Assembly: GCF_002571385.2 (NCBI RefSeq)
Contig: NW_019218217.1
Span: 104,960-168,959 of the forward strand
Length of the DNA stretch: 64,000 bases
Origin: Stylophora pistillata
Taxonomy: Eukaryota
Reading direction: 5' to 3'
Under the pieces are notes generated by a model, which saw only the letters and a list, made by a program, of their open reading frames with translations, had not been told where the DNA came from and searched no databases. Position 1 is the first letter of the stretch. Each line of letters opens with the position of its first letter. This document shows positions 12,550 through 23,286 of this stretch, one piece after another. Both the position numbers and the translations under genes were made by a program.

Positions 12550-13950
12550 AATAATAATAAAGTATTATCGTTTGTCTCACGATATGGTCACTTGAGATGT
12601 GGATCGCGACATTTCGACTGCATCCGGCTATTCTTCATCAGGAGATAAGGTCTACTGACTTCAGGTCTTTTTATAAAGCAGGATGCTCCGCTGTGATTGG
12701 TTGGTATTCCCCAGCTGTGATTGGTACGATTCCTAGATGACGAGATGATGGTGTCTTTCGACGTATAGTTCCTTTTTACCAACGTCCCTGTCAACGCCGC
12801 TGTTCAGGCCGCATTGCAAAAACTGTAAAACGACCCCAGCCTCCCAGAACACACGGCGCTAACACCAGCTCAAATCGCCGAACTTCTGAATTTTGTTTTG
12901 AGAGCCACATACTTCCAGGTCCTCACGGCTGCCGCACCAGTATCGTACACAGGAAGCCCACACACACTAATCAATACTGAGCGTATGATTCACACCAACC
13001 ACAATCAGTAAAACATGGTATTGTTAAGTGTCTCCAAGAGTGCACTAACGCCTCCTGACAAAAGCTTCTGTCATCTCTCAGGAAAAGAAACATTTTTCAT
13101 CCGCTCTTACCTCTAATGACTACCCTATTTCTTCCTTGCAGAAAGTCACCAAGATCAGAAAATCTAACGCTGCTTCCGAGCCCGCAATCGATTTGAAGTG
13201 CACTGCAGTGTTACTTTATGTTAAAGGTCTTTCGGAACAGCTTCGCCGCTGCCTACAACAACAAAGCGTACGCGCTGTCTTCAAGTCGGAAATCGTAATA
13301 TGATCAGAGCTGGTAAGAGCAAAAGACGCTGTCGATTCGGCCAAACAAGACGGCGTAGTTTACAGGATTCCCTGTGAATGCGGCAAAGTTTACATCGGTG
13401 AGACTGGAAGACCAATGTACGACAGAATGACGGAACAAGACCGAGAGATCCGACTAGCTTGTACCCAAACCTCCGCCATTTCAGAGTACCCCTACAATAC
13501 CGGACACCAACCGCTTTCAAGTGAGATTAGGTTTATTAATCGAGATCCTCACTGATAAAATCGCAGGGTGAAAGAGGCTATTCACATAAGACTTCACCCT
13601 TAGAACATCAATAAGGACAGCGGATTAGAAATTCTTGAAGGGTGGATGGCTACGATCAAGAAACACAACAACAGGAGAACCGTACGACAGCTGACTACCG
13701 AGAGAACGTCTCACCAACATCAAGGATTAAAACGCGCCGATCATAGCTGTGGAATACCAAACAATGACAACGGAACATCCTGCTTTATAAGAATACCCGA
13801 AACCAGTCGACCTTATCGCCTGATGAAGACTAGCCGGATGCAGTTGAACGGGCGCGATCTACATCATAAGTGACCATATCGTGAGACAAACCATAATACT
13901 TTATTATTATTGTACTTTACCATGATGAATAAGCACAACCTTATTTACGA
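12550..13950 (+). mobile_element. 5'-truncated Penelope-like retroelement (RT tail + GIY-YIG endonuclease) with inverted pseudo-LTRs
   Basis: Plus-strand remnants MVSFDV..LFTNVP and GVVYRIPCECGKVYIGETGR (GIY-YIG), VKEAIHI; 12550-12725 is an inverted diverged copy of ~13740-13910. Confidence 0.9.
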
Positions 13951-14099
13951 AATAATGAAATAAGTTATAAACTTTGGATTAAAAAAAAACAAATGAATAT
14001 AAATAAAATNATTAATAACATTGTCTTAATTAACTTAATATGTAAATGATGAAACCGATAATGCATTAGAGGGTTAAAAGAAAAATAATGGCTACTTAC

Positions 14100-14102
14100 A
14101 GC
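14100..14102 (-). CDS. Candidate 3-nt microexon GCT
   Basis: Long pyrimidine tract (cctcttt...ctgttatc) ...gtgacaataag|GCT|gtaagta. Confidence 0.55.
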
Positions 14103-14266
14103 CTTATTGTCACAGGGTCAGTTAAGTTGATAACAGAAAAAAGAGAAAAAAAGAGGAAACAATAAAACATAAATCAATAGGTGTAAATTGACTTAGAACT
14201 TGTCAAAATTGTTATCATTCAACATTTCATAATTCCAGTGGGTTAACCCGTTAAAATAATACTTAC

Positions 14267-14269
14267 ATG
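14267..14269 (-). CDS. Candidate 3-nt microexon CAT
   Basis: ctaac ctttttctttttattactttcttctcctggtaactgcttattacag|CAT|gtaagta; clear branch point, pyrimidine tract, acceptor and donor. Confidence 0.6.
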
Positions 14270-15158
14270 CTGTAATAAGCAGTTACCAGGAGAAGAAAGT
14301 AATAAAAAGAAAAAGGTTAGCTCAATTAAAGAAAGAATATTGCACTAATGATAAATGTTATTTAATGAAGCTGGATTTATCATATGGGCTAAGGATTTGA
14401 AAAATTCCTCTCGTTGTCGGATTAATGGACTAGATGCCTTGAGGATTAATAAATGAACAACAATCCAAGGTAACATAGGATATTTGTAGGCAACAGATTG
14501 ATACATGTCTTTCCACTTGTTTCTTGCGTGACAAAGTTGTTTGTCAGAATACCGAAAATATTTCGACCTTTTAAAGCGAACTTTTTAACAGAAGCATTTT
14601 TGCTGAATACTGTCGAACCCTGTATTAAGCGGCACCGTAGTAGAGGTCACCCTGTATTAGTTGATCAGTTATCAGTCCCGAAATTTTTATTCCTTAATCA
14701 ACGTAAAATTATCACTTCCATTAACGGTTGTGATCAGCCTTTACTGAGTCCCAACGGCCCGTTTGCATTGTCTTTCACCTGTATCGAACGGTCACATAAA
14801 GCGAACCACTCAAATAAAACTAAGAATGATCTCTCTGTAGAATTGAATCCATATTAAATTCCCGAAATCAATGCACTTACTATTACTGGGCGAATTCTTT
14901 TACATGGATTGGTCAATTATGGTACAAATGACTTTTTTATCGTTTCCTTATAGTAACCTATTCTGTGGAACCGGCATGGAGCGGTTACCAAGCAATTTCC
15001 CGCAGGTTAACGTTTAAGTGTGAAATGTTCAGAAGGCAACCGTGGACGATACTCCTACTCTTGTACGTTGGATCAGCTATGATCTGATCGGCCCCAAATA
15101 ACGAATATGAAATATAAATAAGACCGATACAACGTAGATAAGTATATTTTAAGACGGA

Positions 15159-15199
15159 GCACTATATTTCGGCTGGCCAAACCAGCCTTCTTCAGGTGC
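15159..15199 (-). ncRNA. Minimal type I hammerhead ribozyme motif (Penelope/retrozyme-type fragment)
   Basis: Minus strand gcac-CTGAAGA-a-ggctgg-tttgg-ccagcc-GAAA-tata-gtgc: stem I, core, stem II and a short palindromic stem III. Confidence 0.65.
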
Positions 15200-16264
15200 A
15201 TTGGGAATTAACAGAGAATTGGGGTAATGCTTCGTAGTTAAGACAGGTTTGACTGTGTATAGGACGCTTGCAGAAATTGCCAGATTTTCACTTCATTTAT
15301 TCTTGTTCGATTAATTATGCTAAATGATGATAAGTTTGCTAAATATATGAGCGGAGGAAGAAACAGATTAGAAAAAAAAAATATTCTGCTGTTTTGGCTT
15401 TGTAATTTATTTCGGAATTAGTTGCACATCTGACCGGAATGGAGAGTTTTTTGTTTGTACTTTATCTTTTGAATGTCTGTCGCTCAATAGTGTTTTTTTT
15501 TTCGGGGTATTTAGCAAAGGAAATCGTGGCAAGATAACTCTTATTTCGTACTTTTAATTCCAATATAATCAGAATTGAACTGATGGAAAATAGTAAGAAT
15601 CTCTTGTTTCCAATTATTGATGAAATCATTGCTAAAGTGAGCTAATGCAATAAGTGTATCAAGGTCGACAGCGCCCGCTGATTACTGTATCATTATGACG
15701 CAAATAGATAAGATAAGATAAATGCTACTTCTTTATAGAGGCTCCTCTAAGTTAACATGCCATAATATTTTGCAGTTCATTTCATGGTAATAAATATCCT
15801 TCATGGTTCGAACTTTTTAAATCAGGGAGATATTTTTCTTCTATCAGGTTTGTCACTGTTTACTCTATTTTATTTTCCAACTACGCTCCGTAGAGTACAA
15901 ATAACGCCTACGACGGGTACAAATATAACTCGTTATTTGTACTCGAGAGAACCGGTTATACAGGTTTTCTTGCATCGCACAAGCGATGAATTGGAGTTAC
16001 AAAAACTGGTGGAGAATTGAAATCACTTTTCCGACGAGGAAGAGTCGGAATGACAGGCGAATATTGATCCAAGTTTATCGGATATATCGAACGAAGAAAA
16101 GCAGTTAGACGACGATGAAATTTCATCATCTTGTGGAACAAAACAGAAACAGCAACACGACAAAGGGTGAATTCTGTTCCGCTTCGCCTACTTCTGTCAC
16201 ACATTTCCGTAAAGAAATGTCCGCGAAATTCATCCGCACTCAAATTACAATTTGGCGTTTGGGA

Positions 16265-16430
16265 TAATAAGTAACTTATTAAGCGTTTTGTTGTGTAGTA
16301 TCGCTGAGTATTTCTTACTCGTTACTTGTATTTTGACTCGCCCAACGGGCTCGTCAAGATACGGCACAACTCTTAAAAATACTCAGCGATACTACACAGT
16401 AAAACGTCTCATAAAATATATTAATTTCGT
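16265..16430. repeat. Palindromic MITE-like element
   Basis: 22-bp perfect inverted repeat tgtgtagtatcgctgagtattt (16292-16313) / aaatactcagcgatactacaca (16377-16398). Confidence 0.7.
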
Positions 16431-17415
16431 ATGAAACAGAACAGACATTAACCTCGCTAAAGTAATTTCGCGACGATCTGCTGTATCTTATGCATGGGTT
16501 GCATTTTGTCACCCTCGTTGCTCAAGAACTGAATTGTAAGAAGCATCCAATTCAATTTGGATTGGCGAACTAGCTCAAATAACTTAGCCCCAGTCTCTCT
16601 CCAATGGCTATATGGAGTTGAGGAGGATAGGAATACTAGTCCTTCCACGTGGAAATTACTGCCGTAGTAAATTTTGGGGGAATTTCGTCGGCATTTTGCT
16701 AACAGCAGAAAATTAAGTACTGTAAGTCAGAAGAAAATGACGAAAACATTGAGAACACACATGACAATTACCCTGTTATATTCCTAATCATCAAGAAAAA
16801 CAAAACACCTCACGAACATGACGCATTCATAAAAAAAACAAGTCAACACTGTATAGGAAGATATATTTTGACTTGTTATGACTGATGGTCAAAGAAATAC
16901 TTTTAAGTTCCCATTGGGATTTAGCCACATAGGGCCGGTTATGTATAAGAGGTTTAACCCAAACCCCGGTTTTACGCAAGGACTGGGCCTCGAAGATTCT
17001 CTGTAAGAGGGTTAATTTTATTGGTTAAAGAAATGTCCTTCCACGATTAGCTTTCGGCCCTCTTGACACTGTTTACAAAAATAGATATTGATATAAACTG
17101 ATTGGGATAAATTGAAGATGGCTTAGAACGAGTTTTGTTAAACAACGGCTAAACTTTGTTTAAATGAGTAGCCTGTGGACTCTACGACATTGCTTACCCG
17201 ATAAGAGTACAGTACGTGTGTCACTTATGAAACTTCTTCTCCTATTTTATTTTTTAATTTTTATTTTAGTACCGAGCATAAAACCATCCATCACTTGACT
17301 TCTATTTAAGCACATGTCACGACCCTGTTTACTTTGTTTTCGATACGGTAAATGAAAGATACATAAAGATACGTATTATCTTCGTTACAATATTTAGTTT
17401 TAAGCTTTCACTTAC

Positions 17416-17418
17416 CGC
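17416..17418 (-). CDS. Candidate 3-nt microexon GCG
   Basis: ccttttctctgctctc...aaattgcatcag|GCG|gtaagtg. Confidence 0.55.
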
Positions 17419-17782
17419 CTGATGCAATTACATGTATTTCATCCATCGTGTGCGATATTGAGAGCAGAGAAAAGGATAGAGATAGGCAGAAATCGAGCAT
17501 TATAACATAATGTTCAGTTCAACTATAATTTAGTTACAGTAGGTAAAGTGCACACCTTCCCATCAATCTGACAGCTGACCTTAGTTCTTTTTCTTTCACC
17601 AACTGTTTTCGAGATATGTCTTTTATTTTTCTCTTACAACGACTGGTATTCAAAAGTCAAATTCTCATCCTCATCTTTTCATGCACGTTTGCGGTATTTA
17701 GGAATGACTATGGAAAGTGGAGCAGAAACAAATGTAAACAGGTAAATTATTAACTTCAGTAGTGTAATCAAAAATCACTCAC

Positions 17783-17785
17783 ACG
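17783..17785 (-). CDS. Candidate 3-nt microexon CGT
   Basis: ctaac (branch-point-like) tttattgttgttctgtatttctctac...aaacaag|CGT|gtgagtg. Confidence 0.55.
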
Positions 17786-18513
17786 CTTGTTTATTTCACA
17801 GGTGCAGCACATGAGTAGAGAAATACAGAACAACAATAAAGTTAGGGAGACTAGACAAAAACACTAGTATACCAATAAATGAATTATGTGACGATCAATT
17901 TGAAGCTTTAAAATCCCTCCGGGCATTTGAACCTTTGAAGATTGGTTTGTTTAAATTTCCGCCCCCAGGACCAAAATTGTGTTCAAATTATCCAAGTGCT
18001 GGATTTGATTGTCAATATTATTCCTACATGCCTACTAAGCATTAGAGCCTAGATTTAATTTATTTTAACTTTACTCAACTCCGTATTAAAAGGTAAAACA
18101 CTTCTATTCTGCTGGAAAGACTTGAAACTTCCGGTTTAAACTCCCCACCACAACCAGGCTGAGCTCAAATTCCCCAACATAAGAGCACGGACGGCAGTCA
18201 AATGTTCATGGGTCGCTTGGCGGGATGTTGAAGGAAAAGCGAAATTAAAGGAGTCCTGAAGCTAAGGGAGGCTAAAGCAAAGTTATTCAGCAAAGTGTTG
18301 GATTCATTGTATAATCTTGAAACATGACGTATTTTCCGGGCCAATACACAGATCTCGATTTTTGGATGAAGTGCAGCACCTCTTGATCTTTTCTTTTGTC
18401 TCTATCGGCGCTCAGCTGGTAGAAAGGGTACAGACCAGGAGTAGTCAGCAGTTTTTTGGTCATGTGACATGTTAGTAGTAACATTTTTATTACGAAAACT
18501 AAGTAGCACTTAC

Positions 18514-18516
18514 TTC
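18514..18516 (-). CDS. Candidate 3-nt microexon GAA
   Basis: ttttcttttgtttttcctatgttattttttatgtactgcgcctcggaaatatcag|GAA|gtaagtg; AG-free run from the pyrimidine tract to the acceptor. Confidence 0.55.
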
Positions 18517-19303
18517 CTGATATTTCCGAGGCGCAGTACATAAAAAATAACATAGGAAAAACAAAAGAAAAGTGAAATTCACCGTTAATTATACGATCGT
18601 GCATCATCATGTTGAAAAAAAAAAAGGAAACAAAAAAAAAAGGCATAGAACATAAGGGAAATTATTAAGTTATTTCCTATAAAATGTAAGATAATTAATT
18701 AAATGACATTCACCAGCGATTACGATGACGTATCCCCATGTTAAAATAAAAGAGCATAGAAAACTGGGGAAAGTATTAAGTTATTTTCTATGCAACGTCA
18801 GAAAATTAATCAAATGTATTTGAATGCTTTTCATTTTAAGAGGAGGATACACAGGCGTTTTTTTTCCTTTTTCTTTTTTTTTTCCTACGTTCATTAAACG
18901 TTGTCAAAAGAGTTTATATTTTCTTGACGTGGTACATGCACTTTTATACTCCCCTGAGTTTAGCAATAAATCCCAAGCAGTATGTAAGACGTCAAATTTC
19001 ATTCATTCTCAATAGTTAATTTCAACGCTAAATGACATGAGGAAAACATTCCGAATTATCTCAGGTAAATGTTTGTTATACTAGGGACGGTCCAAAATTT
19101 GTTTTGAAAGAAAAAAAGGTTCGAAACAGATTCCACGCCCGTAAGCGTAAATGCCCCAAGTAACTAGCTGTTAGGCTTTTCTTTGACAAAGTGGGATTAA
19201 CATTGTACTGAAATAGTTAAAGAAAAGTATAAATGAAATAGAATAAAGAAATGATTAGATAAGCGAACACATAAAGCATATTTACGATAAAAAAAAAACT
19301 TAC

Positions 19304-19309
19304 GCTGAG
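19304..19309 (-). CDS. Candidate 6-nt microexon CTCAGC
   Basis: gctttttgtttttatcattttcg...ataaaag|CTCAGC|gtaagtt; weaker AAG acceptor. Confidence 0.45.
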
Positions 19310-19858
19310 CTTTTATTTCCACGTGAATGATTCGAAAATGATAAAAACAAAAAGCAATCTCAAAGTCAATATATATATTTAGTAGCTAGGATTTGCTCTA
19401 TTCCTGGCTTTTGCACATTAAAACAAGCAAAAATAATAACATCGACTCAAATGATAGCTGAATTGAGAAAATCATCCTATGTAGTCAGTAGATATAGCTA
19501 TAGCAGCAACCTTTATTTTCTCTATTTAGTCCATATTATACATAATTATTGTTATTTAACAGCGGANNNNNNNNNNNNNNNNNNNNNNNNNNNNNNNNNN
19601 NNNNNNNNNNNNNNNNNNNNNNNNNNNNNNNNNNNNNNNNNNNNNNNNNNNNNNNNNNNNNNNNNNNNNNNNNNNNNNNNNNNNNNNNNNNNNNNNNNNN
19701 NNNNNNGAGAGAAAAAGACGAAGAGACGGCTCTTAGTATTTGTTTGTATCCCGACATGGTTATCACAGCCCGACTTGAATGACAGCGAGCCATCAGACCT
19801 GAGGGAAGGAAGACTATAAAATAAGACAACAGTGATCATAGTAATAAAACAAACTTAC

Positions 19859-19969
19859 GGCACTGCTGTTCATCTGAGTTATCACCACAGTCATCTCCGA
19901 ACCCACAACGCCTCCATTTACTAAGACACTTTCCATTTGCACAGGTGAACTCATAGTTCTCACACTTTC
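19859..19969 (-). CDS. Host gene exon: second LDL-receptor class A repeat KCENYEFTCANGKCLSKWRRCGFGDDCGDNSDEQQC
   Basis: 111-bp phase 1-1 exon, gtacag acceptor and gtaagt donor; FxCxNGxC and DCGDNSDE motifs. Confidence 0.9.
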
Positions 19970-22189
19970 CTGTACATTAATGCAAATAACATCGATTCAA
20001 AGACAAGAATATTGAGCCTGTGCATCGAAGAAAATGGAGAGCGCAAAGATAACCGGGAAAAATCCAATCAATTAAACCAGAGACACATTACTTGGAGCGT
20101 TCAACTCCCGCACTGAGCCTATGTCAAGGCATTGTCGGAGAATGGTTTATTTCAGACTATCTTTTCCCGGGAAATAATTTGAATTTAACAACTAGCTAAA
20201 CGTAATTGGTCGAAGAGCTTACGTGGGCGGCCGGGGAATCTCATACCGCGGTAATTCAAACTAAAAATAGATTTTTCTATTGAAAACATCGCGACATAAA
20301 CAAAGGTGAGTTGAACGCTTGAAGAAATGGCTCTTGATTAAACATGTTCTTTAGTTGTCAAGTCAAGACTTGGTGGTTGGATCATAATGCAATTTTCAGC
20401 TTGAACCCTCCTCCCCCTCCCCCCCTCTCCCCCATCATTCTACGAAGTAGTAATTGTCGTGATAAGCAATGAATCTGAAGCTTCACAGAAAGTTTACCCG
20501 TTTGAAAGATTGGTAAAGTTTGCCAATAAGGACTCCTGAAGTTAACATTTAAACTAAATATGGTTTGTTTTATTTCATCTCCATCCATTATATACAATGC
20601 AAGAGATCATTATTCTTCTTTTTTTTCTTCACTTCGCTCTATTTTTTCCAATTGCATTCTACTTGATTGATCTACACTTTTTTCCCTTGACCTGAAATTG
20701 CAAAATTTTAAATGTTGTTGCAAAAATAGTCGTGCTACTGGCAACTGGAAGACTTTAGAATTTATTCTCCCACCATCACTAACAATTCCGGTCACGACGA
20801 ATCCGCGCGGCGTCAGCTATGCTTCATGTGAATCTAACATGGTGGCTGTGCGTAAGAAGAAGGGTGTCGATAAAATTGATTACGTACAACTCCACACCTC
20901 AAAAGGGGCCGAAAACTTACCCTTCAACGCACAACGTGGAAAGAATAATATACCGGCGAAAGGTTCGCAATGTGAGTATTAACAGACCTTCGAAGAAAGA
21001 AATAACTGACTCCGTGTTTTCCGTATATATTTTGAAATTTTTACTTAAGAGGCTGCCTACAAAAATTAATAACCTGATGGATTGTTTGAAGTCCAATGTG
21101 GAAATAAATACATACGAAGTTCAAAAAGAAAAAAAAATGCCGGCGTTTTGTTTATTTATTTAATTTTTTGTTTGCGTTTAAGATGTACTTGACCTTCAAG
21201 TCAGGAATAGTCTGGTTTTTACCTTCAATCCATAATTTTCTTCTAAAATCGCGTTTAGAATTTCTGCGTAGCCGATTGCCAATGCATTACTTTTCTTCAA
21301 ATTGTACAAGGTTTTTAAACAGTCGCATGTGAATGCGACTTAAAGGCCACCTGTTCGCACTAACATACTGATATTTTACGTATGTTAAGGCTATCATTGA
21401 TGGAAACACTATCAGATTCCCTAAACCGGGATAAAGCAGATTTCTGGAGTAAATCAGACCTCTCAGAGATCCCAGAAATACTTGCCCATGCGATATGAAC
21501 AAAAGTGTTATTCTTATTTTTCAAATTTTAGCGTTAGATCCGGCGGGAAACTACCGGAAGTGAACTTTCTCACACGTTTGACTGCTGGCCAAAAGCTCCT
21601 ATCCAAACTCCTATTCCAGAAAGACTAGCAGCTTTAGAAACTATTCAAAACTAGAGAAATTGGGCTTCGAACAAGTGTTGAATCTCTGGAAGGAAGTTGA
21701 TATTGCAGGTAGAAGCTTGTTTTTCTTTCTCGCAAGGCTCAGAATGTTGTTTGTGTTCTTTGCAAAGAAAAAGGATGGAGCAAACAATTCACTATGGGTC
21801 TCCACCCCCGCGAGTGAAGTACCAAGCACAGCAATACAGGTATCGACCTGTTTGTAATTTTTGGCTTTTTAGTGTATCTTTGCCAGCTATAAAGGCTTAA
21901 GCGCGTCGCTTACCTGGATACAAAACAAAGGAAAAATGAAGTGTTTTTTTTTTTACTTTAAATCTTATTATTTACAGTAGTACACAGACAGCAGTCGTTA
22001 TATTGGCATCCCGCTGCGGCAAAATAAGTATGTAAAATAGGTGTCCTAGCACAGTTGCCATGTTTTTGCCCTCCTTACCTCCAACTACCAAACAAACATA
22101 CCTCCGTTGACCCCCAACTCGACGATCGACGCTGCGGGCACGAAATTATTAATTTTTTTTGTTTGGCCTCAACAGTGGCTATTAATTTT

Positions 22190-22333
22190 GGGTCATCCCC
22201 GGTGTAAAAACCTGACGAGGTTTTCTTTGTTTCATGTGGTATTATTCTGCTGTACGCTATTGTTTATAATGCTTTGTTGTCTTTGTTTTACGTCAGTCGT
22301 GAGCTTCACGGGTTTTTACACCGAGGATGAGCC
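22190..22333. repeat. ~145-bp MITE-like insert in the left Polinton TIR
   Basis: ~24-bp imperfect inverted ends (ggtcatcc..ggtgtaaaaacc / ggtttttacaccgaggatgagcc); segment absent from the right TIR. Confidence 0.55.
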
Positions 22334-23286
22334 GGCTATTTCATATGCTTGTTTCTGTTGATTATACAGTGGTTTACTCTTGTTATATGTGACCGGGCAC
22401 AGGATTTCGTACACTAACGCTCTTTCGTTAAATGGTTGAAAATAAACGGTTTGTAAACGGATAATAAACGGGTAGTAAGAGTGTTTAAATGGTTTGCATA
22501 TCCATTTAAACGGATAGTCCAAAGCGTTAAACGGTAGAGCAAAGTCCAAAAACGGATTCCGTAAATATTAAACGGTCGAGAAAAAAAATAAACTCATGGC
22601 TTAAAACGTTAAACAGTTGAACAGAATCTATTAATGGATAGCTTAAAACGTTAAACGGATGGACAAAAGCCTTGAACGGATCAGAAGGGCTAAAGAACAG
22701 CGGGATAAGCCATGCACGTAACTAACAGAAAGCGCCGGTTGCGAACAATTATACGACTTGTTCTTGCGGAACACTGACGTTTCATGCTAATATTATATTC
22801 GACTGACACCAATAGAAAACGAAGTAAAATTAAATTACTATATGGCCTGCAATTAAGTTATCCACTGGTGAGTAAAGCAAGCCGAGAGCGAGTCTCGCTC
22901 GGTAGAGCTCGCAATGCGTTTGAAAATTTCCATAAAATATAAGCAGAGGAAGCAATCAGTCAATCATACCATGCGGACTGAACATTCTCGACAGAAAAAA
23001 AAAATTAGAATTGAGAAGCAAAGTATGTTTTTTTTCATGTTCCTACATCGTTTCCTCTACGAAACAACTTTGCATATGCAACTTTCTTTCGCTCATGTGT
23101 CATCTAGCGTTCGCTTTCGTAAAGTAATTTGTAATTATAGCTTTAATAAAGCCATTTTCGTTTCCTTTCAATCGATGGAAATAAAAGATGAGAAACCCGA
23201 TAGCCACCGATTCGGTAAATCATTTTACCGTAAACTTCTATCGAAATAAATTTGCATAAGCATGAATACAAATCTCGCTCTTCTCG

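Noticed and set aside
18287-18646. 119-aa minus-strand ORF as a terminal exon
   Set aside because: Runs through poly-T and splice signals, has no domain, and is out of phase with the LDLa exons. An alternative short last exon at 18416 cannot be excluded.
14872-20925. Other minus-strand donor-like sites (14880, 16771, 17197, 20920)
   Set aside because: Implied exons are not multiples of 3, lack a pyrimidine tract, or (12-nt at 16772-16783) carry a phase-1 stop with a weak donor.
21540-21900. THAP-like remnant
   Set aside because: Only faint, frameshifted similarity and no termini found.
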